Notes under the pieces: model-generated | Database searches by the model: none | Told to the model about the DNA's origin: nothing | Seen by the model: the letters and a program-made list of their open reading frames with translations, nothing else | Shown here: positions 39,304-48,137 of the stretch, one piece after another | Numbering within the stretch: the first letter of the stretch is position 1 | Layout of the letters: each line of letters begins with the position of its first letter | From: Girardia tigrina | Taxonomy: Eukaryota | Reading direction: 5' to 3' | Length of the DNA stretch: 64,000 nt | NCBI GenBank assembly: GCA_001938485.1 | Contig: MQRK01202104.1 | Location: forward strand, 1 to 64,000 | Translations under genes and position numbers: made by a program

Positions 39304-39909
39304 TGTTATATATTTCTTTAATTCTCTTTAGTCTGTCATCAACTGTTGGACTATCTCTAGTCATCCTTATATCAGCTGAATCTATAGTTTCCTTCTTTAG
39401 TTTTATTCCAAATTTGTCTAAAAGGTTAACTCCTGATATCATTTCTGGGTTGAGTTCTTTGACTACATAAAACTATATTTTTTTGTACTCCTTCAATTAT
39501 TACTTTTAATTTAACAATTTAATAATTTATAAGTTCTGAATCTCGTTTTCTTTATCTGAACATCTTTCATATTTTTTAAGTATATCTGCTTTAATAACAT
39601 TTACTTTGGCACCGATATCCAAAAGACATTCAACATCCATATTCTTTGTATTAAATTCAATGCTTGGTCTTCCATTCAATCTGTCATATCTAATATTGAG
39701 CTTTGATATTTGCAACATTTCTTCCTGTTTCAACTATTTCGATTTTGTCTTTATCTCCTTATCAAAAACAGTATGTTTCAAATTCTTCTTTCCAACAATC
39801 TAATTCACAAACTTCAAGAGGAGTATCTTCCAACACACAATCACACATTCAGTCATACATACCATTACATACACAATCACACACACAAACATTTTTACTT
39901 TTTAGTGAA

Positions 39910-39953
39910 GCACACTGATCACCTCTCCTTGTGATCGTGCATCCTCGTTTCCC
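39910..39953 (-). promoter_or_regulatory. Putative -1 ribosomal frameshift signal (G GGA AAC plus hairpin)
   Basis: In-phase slippery heptamer at the end of gag, a 6-nt spacer, and stem GCACGATCAC/GTGATC-AGT-GTGC. Confidence 0.7.
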
Positions 39954-40943
39954 TGGTCTTTGTCGTATACTTGTATATTATCTGTAAACATTCTTTCGCT
40001 TGAGTTTCCTTTATTTGATCGTGTTTCTTCATATTCGTTGTAATCGTTTTCATCATGCATTTCTGCAATATCATATCTTCGATTTTGATGCCTCTGTTGA
40101 TGTCGTGGGTTATTTGTTCTTTGACATTTATTTTTTCTGGTATCTTGGTCTCTTTCTTTAAATATATTCTTGATCATATAACATTGCGTCATGATATAGC
40201 CATTTTTGTTGCAATAAGAACACTTTATATTTGGACAGTTTCTTCTTATGTGTCCTTCTTCGTGGCATGCCCAGCATTTTACAACTTCTAAATAGTTATT
40301 TCTCGGTTTGTATTCATTATTTCTTTGATTAGTGTACCTATTTTCGATATTTCTTTGTTGGTTGCGTTCTTTATAGCGTGGTTTATGTTTGTCTACCGTT
40401 TTCCATTCATAATGTTTACCTACCGTATTGTATACTACAACTGTTTCTTCTTTTTCCATTTTGCGTAGTTCATGCATATTTGAAACTACATCTTTTATGT
40501 CCTTTGTTTTGGTAGCTCCTCTAAATTTCAATTCTCTTTTCACCTAATAATCGTCAACCATATTCATGCAAACAAGGTTGAGCAGCCTTTTCTTAGAAAG
40601 TTTGCTTTCTGTTAATATCGTTACTAATTCTTCGGCTTTTTTGAACGTTTCTTCCGGATCTGAAGATCCTCATCGGAGATTTAAAATATCCTTCATTGTG
40701 TCAAGCAGAGATTTTTCTTTCACAAATGCCGTTTTCAGTTTTTCTTTATACGTATTTCCATCTGCTTCTGAAAATTTTGTGATTGCTGATTGAGTCATGA
40801 AGATCGTCACCATCACTAATCTTCTATCTTCTGTTATACTCATAATATCAGCATAAAGTTCGAAATTTTTTATGAAGTCATCTAATTTCGACTCGGATCC
40901 ATCGAATTTTTCGTGTCCCATAATGTTTGTTGTCACATGAGCT

Positions 40944-40953
40944 GTGGTCGCCA
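40944..40953 (-). promoter_or_regulatory. Primer-binding site, probably tRNA-Arg(TCG)
   Basis: TGGCGACCAC directly follows the LTR and complements a tRNA 3' end ...GTGGTCGCCA; the tRNA identity is from recall. Confidence 0.65.
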
Positions 40954-41804
40954 TAGTAACTACATCAATATGAGTTTTACGACATTTATTAATATCACAA
41001 GTGCATTCACTATTAAACATTTTTCTTAATCAATATATTCTGAATTCATACTAATTATTTTCAATAAATGAAAATCTGTTAATAAAAATTATTAATTATA
41101 AAGAATCTAATTGGTTAAAATTATAGCTAAACATTTTTAAAAAAGTGCATATTAAATTATAATATTAAAATTTTAAATTACATTAAAAAATAAATAATAC
41201 ATTCAAAAATTATTTTAAATCTTTTTACTTTAAAATTAAATTAAATTATTTTTTATTGGTAAGAATCAAAGAAAATACCAATCATCCATCTGTGTAAGAG
41301 AGGCACAATCCGAATCAACATAAAACATGCACAATATCAACACACAATTCAAAACATTGCTCACAGATACAAAGTAAAACATACTATTAATTAATGAATT
41401 ACTTATGGAAAAGAATGTGATGTCTAACTATTTATATTTTAGTTATGATATAAATATTTTTAAAAAGGAAGAAAGCTATCTAAATAATTAAAAGAATCAG
41501 AAGAAATGAAAGACATTAAATCAAAACGATTCATAGAAAAGTTAAGGTAATCAAATTATTGATTGAAAGGCTAAAAACAAAATTATTAAATTAAATAAAA
41601 AAGCAATTAAATTTAAAAAACTCTAATGTCTGAAAGTAGTCTTTCTGTAAACCAAAATAATAACTATTATTTAATACTCTTCGAACTAAATTCAATGAAA
41701 AATTGACATACATTCAAAGAACGACAAAATGCTGAACTAATTCTCGTGATAAAAGGAACTTTATTAATTCTGTTATCAAATAATGAACACCAAATTAAAC
41801 TAAC

Positions 41805-42155
41805 TTCCAATGGATAAGCAGCTTTTATTAAACTGGTAAATGCATCCGCTAAACGTTTAGCTGCGGCTATCAACTCTTCTCCTGACCCGTCTTCATTAAG
41901 TAACTGATCTTGATAATAAGCGGCAGTTTTTATTTCTTCAATTAAACTAGGTAAATGAACAGTTATTAGACTGAACGAATTTTGCATCTTTGCGATCATT
42001 TCTTCATTCATTTCTTCCTCCTCACTTTCTTCAATTGTGGCTAGTCCCTGTGCTGATCGTAGAACTTGAGCAACGGCAGCATTCATGGCACCAATTTCAT
42101 CAGCCATTCTTTGCCGACTGTTATCGATATTCACTTGAATCCATTGTTGACTTGC
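41805..42155 (-). CDS. TLN: Talin exon 9 (R1)
   Basis: ASQQWIQVNID...EDGSGEELIAAAKRLADAFTSLIKAAYPLE; AAG acceptor with TACTAAC upstream; 351 nt. Confidence 0.92.
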
Positions 42156-42231
42156 CTTGATAAGTTAGTAAAAAATATATATTAAATAGTAGTAATAATA
42201 ATTATTAATATTAACAAATACTAAAACTAAC

Positions 42232-42372
42232 ATCATCTTTCCCTAAAATTGGTCCTTGATTTGCTAACATTAGCTGATCTTTATACATGTTAATAGAGGC
42301 CAAATTATCTTGCAACGATATTATGTACAATTTCTGTCGAATATCGTCATCAGACATTCGGTAATGCATCGA
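42232..42372 (-). CDS. TLN: Talin exon 8 (start of R1)
   Basis: SMHYRMSDDDIRQKLYIISLQDNLASINMYKDQLMLANQGPILGKDD; TAG/GTTAGT; 141 nt. Confidence 0.87.
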
Positions 42373-42952
42373 CTAAAATAAGGAATTATTAAAGAAAACT
42401 TATAAAAAAATATTTATAATTATTTAATGAAATAAATTATGCTGGTTTTCAAAAATTAAATTAAATTAGCTATTCAAACTAATTCCCTTAATTTTAGCAA
42501 TTTAAATTTTGTAATTCATTATAAAACTTTATTATTCAAATGTCTTTTGCAAAATTGAATAACGCGGATTTTCTTCGTTGGTTTCAAATATCGCATATAT
42601 ACATAATCAATATATCTTCGTGATAAAGATTGAAAGTCAAATAATCAAATATTATTTATCTTCGATAAACTGAAAAAAATGCCTACATTAAGATTATTAT
42701 ATTTCTAGAATATCTTGATAGAATTTCAGAACATAAATTAAAAGAAAGTTGCTTATTCTGTAATTTAAACTATATGATTGTCAATTATTATTGTATTATT
42801 TTGTAGCTATATAATCATGCTTGCTGCAATTGGGAATAAAGTGTAAATTCGTTGAGATGAAAAAGTTGACTCACAAATGAATTAGATCAGTTAGAAAATA
42901 AATCACTGTGTGATATGAAGAACATTATATTCCATGATTGTTGGTCTAAGTA

Positions 42953-43051
42953 TTGGGTGTACAACTAATTAATTTCGTATTTTTTGTTAAAAAACCATTT
43001 ATTTAAGTATAAAAGTGAAAAAAATACGAAATTAATTAGTTGTACACCTAA
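42953..43051. mobile_element. 99-bp mariner-type MITE (near-perfect hairpin)
   Basis: TA flanks; TIR TTGGGTGTACAACTAATTAATTTCGTATTTTTT with one mismatch. Confidence 0.85.
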
Positions 43052-43095
43052 TAATAATAATAACAAATATTATTTATTGTCGAAATACTGAAATA

Positions 43096-43880
43096 CAGTA
43101 AAACCTCGATATAACGGACTGATTGGGGGGGAGGGGGTGTCCGTTAAAGCTGAAAGTCCGTTATATAAAAATAGGCCTAAAATAAATTAAAAAACCTTTT
43201 TTGAAAATACACTGTATTTATATATAAATAAAAAACAAAACACAAACAAAATTATATTTAATTGTCTTCGGACACTCGTCGTGAATAGACGTTGTTGTTT
43301 GATATCGAAGCGTTTGCTTTCGGTTATCCTGTTTTGAAAAAGGAATCGAGTGTTGTTTGCACTTTTGAAGTTTGCTGTTTTTTTATAATCAACTCTCTAA
43401 AATTACGAAAATACGTATAATATAATTGAACTACGTTATTTGACGAATAGTCAATAAATGTTACTAGACCGTCGAGATGTGATCTCATCACTGATAACTT
43501 CATTTTAGCAGTGTTGTTTCTTCTTCTTCGCTATCTTCACTTCCATCCTCATTTTTTAGGTTCATAACTTCATCTGCTATTTCGCATTTTTTTTCGCATT
43601 TCTATTTTTTTATATTATACCCAGGGTCACCTTCATCTACTTTTAGCTATTGTAAAACATCTTCTACAGTTACTTCGTCTCCGGCATTATTATGTATTGT
43701 CCTACAGAAATCAGAAACTTCAAACCCTTCTAAATATATGTCTGCATCTTGTTCATGAAACAAATTCATCCAACCATTTTTTACTGTTTGCTCTTTCCTC
43801 TCTTTCCAGACTGCAGCAAAATTAAAAATTTTTGATTTTAAATTGTAACCCTTTAAGTTTTGCAAGGTACGTTGTCATCT
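43096..43880 (-). mobile_element. pogo/Tigger element, 3' part
   Basis: TA|CAGTAAAACCTCGATATAAC terminus; AAVW...TVKNGW motif; C-terminal PIP box QTTLDSFF near 43340. Confidence 0.8.
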
Positions 43881-43985
43881 TGAAAGAGAATTGTCGTATT
43901 TAATTTTGTATTTTTATTAAATATTGTATTTTCTTTTAAATGAATATTTTATCAAATTTCGTTAATTTTAATATTTATTATGATA

Positions 43986-44540
43986 CTAGTAAAAACCCGT
44001 CATATATGACGGGTGAGCTGAATTTTCGACTTTGAAAGTTTCTGTTTTAATTTTTAAATCGTAATTGTTATAATTTATTATTTGGAATTCTGTGTTGATT
44101 TAACATTCAATCAATTAAGTCGGTTCCCTGCGCCTTTCGACAAAGGCGCTGTACAGACAGAACCGTCTCGATGGGGACTATGCAGACCTATTTCAACTTT
44201 ACACGGATTTACTCACTTTTCTTCAAATATTACTAATTTATCAGCACATATATGATCATAGTAAAATTTGAGTTTAACCGATAAACCGTGATAAAGAAAA
44301 TTTTGCAAATTTAACCTAAATTGATTTTTAGAAATATAATTAGTAAATATGTGATAAAAATCGCTATTCGTCAAATTAATTACTATTTTATTATTATTTT
44401 CATAAAATTTTTCACGAAATTCCGAGTAGGAATCGTCAAAATCGTAATTATTCGAAATCAGTGTTAATTTAACCATTCAACAACTAATACGGTTTTCGAT
44501 CGATTTCATCGACTTCTGGGCGTCTTTCGACGAAGGCGAA
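43986..44540 (-). mobile_element. Non-autonomous Helitron (family of 17637)
   Basis: Hairpin ACCCGTCATATATGACGGGT and CTAG|T on the minus strand; collinear with 17637-18400. Confidence 0.8.
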
Positions 44541-45027
44541 AAAAAAGTTTGAAAAAAAAAGAAAAAATTAGAAAAAAGTTTGGATCTCCTGAAGTAAAAA
44601 TAAAGTGTTTTAAAAAGGTAAATAATATATTTTAAAACGAAAAATATTTGGAAGCGTAATAAAACTTGAGTTGTTTGAAAAATCGGATTGAAAGCGGGAA
44701 ATCGGAAATTGTATTAAAATAAACGTGTTTTCGTTTCTCATAAAATTGTTATTTTATCTTGTGCCACGAGTATCATTTTTTATTTTACTAGTTCAGTGAA
44801 ACATCTGGAATCTATTGTTTTTAATCTATTGATATTAATCCAATTAGTTTTAGGCTCGAAGAAATGATAGAGATAACAAGAATAACATTTCTTTCGGAAA
44901 TAGAAAATTTTAAAAACTTATAAACACTAAAAATAAATTTTAGTTATTATTTTGTTTAAAAATATAAATGCTTGATTAAATATATACAAATACTAATGTT
45001 TAAATTAATATTGAAATAAAAACAAAC

Positions 45028-45259
45028 ATTTGTAGTTAATGAACTGCTAGGAGACTGAGTCCTAGCCAATGATGATGTTTGTCGACTCATAGTTAGATCC
45101 TCTTGAAAAAATTCACCGTCTTGAGAACCCATGGAATCTGAAGCCTGACTGCTATATCTAACTGACGAATTAGCTAATCGTGCGGATTTTCGTAAAACAA
45201 TTTCTTCTTCACTAACAGATGCTCTTTTTTGTTTAGGAACGTGCTCAACAATTATAGCT
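45028..45259 (-). CDS. TLN: Talin exon 7 (Ser-rich head-rod linker)
   Basis: Open frame after a 46-nt intron, phase-compatible on both sides; the GTTTGT donor is inferred from phase; low conservation; 232 nt. Confidence 0.8.
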
Positions 45260-45305
45260 CTAAATACAAATGAAAACTAAGTATTGAAATAATATTGTTT
45301 TTTAC

Positions 45306-45487
45306 TTAGATGGTGTGATATTTTCTTCGTACATGACACTTTCTTCGTCAGCATCTAAGCCCAAGTGATCCTTCGCTTTTTTGCGTTTTAATATAATATC
45401 AATATAACCAGCAATCAGTTGTGAAATTCTTTCACCCTTGTCAGTTTGGGCTGTATAATATTCATCAGGAGAATATTCTCCAAAATC
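45306..45487 (-). CDS. TLN: Talin exon 6 (end of F3, start of linker)
   Basis: DFGEYSPDEYYTAQTDKGERISQLIAGYIDIILKRKKAKDHLGLDADEESVMYEENITPS; TAG/GT; 182 nt. Confidence 0.96.
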
Positions 45488-46162
45488 CTAAAATTATTTG
45501 TACGAATAATATGACAAATTATATATCTATATTTTAATTTACTCACATTATTAAATTAATGGTAAAATAATTTTAAACTGAAACAATTATTTTAATAAAA
45601 GTTTTGATTTTATTAAACTCACGTAAATACTTTATAGTATACTTGATAACAACCCACTATGTTGGGTAACCTCAAGAATAAATATAAACAAATAACTAAA
45701 GCCCACAATTTATCGCGGTCCGCAGAATTTATGGTTTTGAGAGAAAGAAACGCCACACCGCTAATTCCACTAAACTGCCGCAGAATTAATAATTACTACT
45801 AAATTTCCGATATGGAAATTATTAAAATATTATTAACACAAAATAAAATGTTAATGTTTTGATATACTTCTTTGAATATTTAATGTGATTGACTAATGAA
45901 TAGAAAAAAAGAATACTAATTTATTTTACTTGTATTATTATTTGGTTGTATAAGTTTCCATGGTGACACACAACACACTGTGGTATGCCGAGGAATTAGT
46001 CGTTGCTTGTCGAGGTAAATTGTGGGTCCTACAAATAACCTTAGACTAGAATCAAGACATTTTTTACTTTAATCACTGAATAAATTATCTTTAATCCATG
46101 AGTTGTAAATGCATTTATTATAAAAGTTTTATTGATAAATAATTTGAATAACAAATAAATAC

Positions 46163-46318
46163 CATTGTGAAACCATTAAATGATGCTGCCCACTTTCTAA
46201 TAGAAGTTAAAGGCCATGTATTGATTATTTCTTTTGTTTTTTCATCAACTTGAACTACACTTTCTTTATTCACTCCGAGAAGGCGAGGAATCAATTTATT
46301 TTTACCGATGACTTTTTC
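46163..46318 (-). CDS. TLN: Talin exon 5 (F3, integrin-binding PTB fold)
   Basis: EKVIGKNKLIPRLLGVNKESVVQVDEKTKEIINTWPLTSIRKWAASFNGFTM; CAG/GT; 156 nt. Confidence 0.96.
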
Positions 46319-46517
46319 CTGTAAAAAATATTTTTTCATAATATTTTTCATAATATTAAAGAAAGTATTAATCGAAAATAAACTATTTATGTCATCTATA
46401 TGCCTTATATTCTACGCTTGCGTGAATTTTAGTAACAAATAAAATAATGATTTGATACAAAAAATCTTGCAAAAATGCAAAAATAATGGTTTAGGTACGC
46501 AAAATTAAAACAACTTA

Positions 46518-48137
46518 CGCTGACTTCCATAATTGTATACTTTTTTTCTATTTTTTACTAAATCATGAATTACTTAAATAGTATAAATCGGTTCATAACT
46601 TTTAGATATGAAAGATGATTTTAAGCTCTACAAGATGATATGTATGTCAAATTTTAAACTTTAATAATAACAAGTAGGCCTTTAAACGAAATTTTTATTA
46701 AAAGTATACAATTATGATCGCACAATTTCTTAATTTNNNNNNNNNNNNNNNNNNNNNNNNNNNNNNNNNNNNNNNNNNNNNNNNNNNNNNNNNNNNNNNN
46801 NNNNNNNNNNNNNNNNNNNNNNNNNNNNNNNNNNNNNNNNNNNNNNNNNNNNNNNNNNNNNNNNNNNNNNNNNNNNNNNNATATTTTAGAAATGACAAAA
46901 TTGAGCAAACAAACGAAAGATTTATTGATTGCTGATGCCAAATGTGGTTTTTCACTTGGTAAATTAGCATCAAAATATGGTATTAGTCGTGGAGCTGTAT
47001 AAAAAAATTAAAAAGTAGGAAAATATAAAAAAAATAACTTTTCAATTGGAAGACCTAGAATTCTAACATGCGCTGATCAAAGACTTATAGTAAGAAAAAT
47101 CAAAGATGGAACCTATGAAACAGCAACCGATGTAGTTAAAAATAATGTAGACATAAATGTAAGTCCTCAAACCATAAGAAGGGTTCTCCGTAGGGGTGGT
47201 TTGAAGGCTGTAACGAAGGTTAAAAAGCCTTTTTTGTCAAAGCGCTATAAGCAATTACGATTCCAATATGCTGTTGCACACAAAGACTGGACTTCTCAGG
47301 ATTAGTATAAAGTAATATTTTCTGACGAGACAAAAGTCAATAGGTTTTGGTCTGATGGACGAAAGTGGTGTTGGAATAATCCTGGTACAGTAGTGGACGA
47401 CAGAAACGAACAGGGAACAGCAAAATTTGGTGGTGGTTCTCTGATGGTTTGGGGTTGTATAACCGCAGAGGGACCTGGTTACCTTACTAGAATCGATGGA
47501 AATATGGATGCACAGTTGTATTGTGATATTCTAGGTGATGAATTGCTAAATACATGCGAGTATTATGGCTTGGACACCGATAAAATCATTTTTCAACAGG
47601 ACAATGATCCCAAGCACACTTCGAAAAAGGCAAAAGATTGGTTTTTAAATAACAACATTGATGTTCTATCATGGCCACCACAATCGCCGGATATAAATCC
47701 TATTGAAAATATATGGTCTTCATTGAAGTTAAAGCTGAATCATTATGAAAACCTTCCGTCTGGAATTCTGGAACTGTGGGATCGTGTATCCAAGGAATGG
47801 AATGATATTTCGAAAACTGAGTGTCGAAATGTAATAGAAAGTATGCCAAAGCGAATTCGTGCTCTTCTAAAGGCAAAAGGAGGATATACAAATTACTAAA
47901 TCCCAATTACTGTAATTGAGTATATGTGCGATCATAATTGTATACTTTTAATACATTTTTTGTTTAAACGCCTATTTGTTATTAATAATGTTAAACTTTT
48001 TATATACATATCATCTTGTATAGCTTAAAATTATCTTTCAGGCAAATATCTAAAAGTTATGAACCGATTTATACTCCCTAAGTAATTCACGATTTAGTAA
48101 AAAATAGAAAAAAAGTCTACAGTTATGGAAGTCAGTG
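46518..48137 (+). mobile_element. Tc1 (DD34E) element with TIRs of about 205-215 bp; transposase has stops
   Basis: TA flanks; GRPR, FSDETKVN, MVWGCI, QQDNDPKH, SPDINPIENIW, KGGYTNY; in-frame stops near 46999 and 47303. Confidence 0.95.

Larger units (their letters stand above)
36945..41365 (-). mobile_element. Gypsy LTR retrotransposon (5' LTR, PBS, gag, protease, RT; 3'-truncated), with two nested inserts
   Basis: LTR 40954-41365; PBS TGGCGACCAC; gag with CWACHEEGHIRRNC; protease LLDIGA; RT SSPWNFP, YFSTIDLGNAY, RMPFGIVAAPATFQ, VYLDH; stops present. Confidence 0.92.

Noticed and set aside
35055-41365. A 6.3-kb composite DNA transposon bounded by 360-bp TGTGAG inverted repeats (Ginger-like)
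   Set aside because: There is no TSD (CATTA versus GATAC). The repeats are two independent LTR copies, one of which is followed by a PBS and gag.
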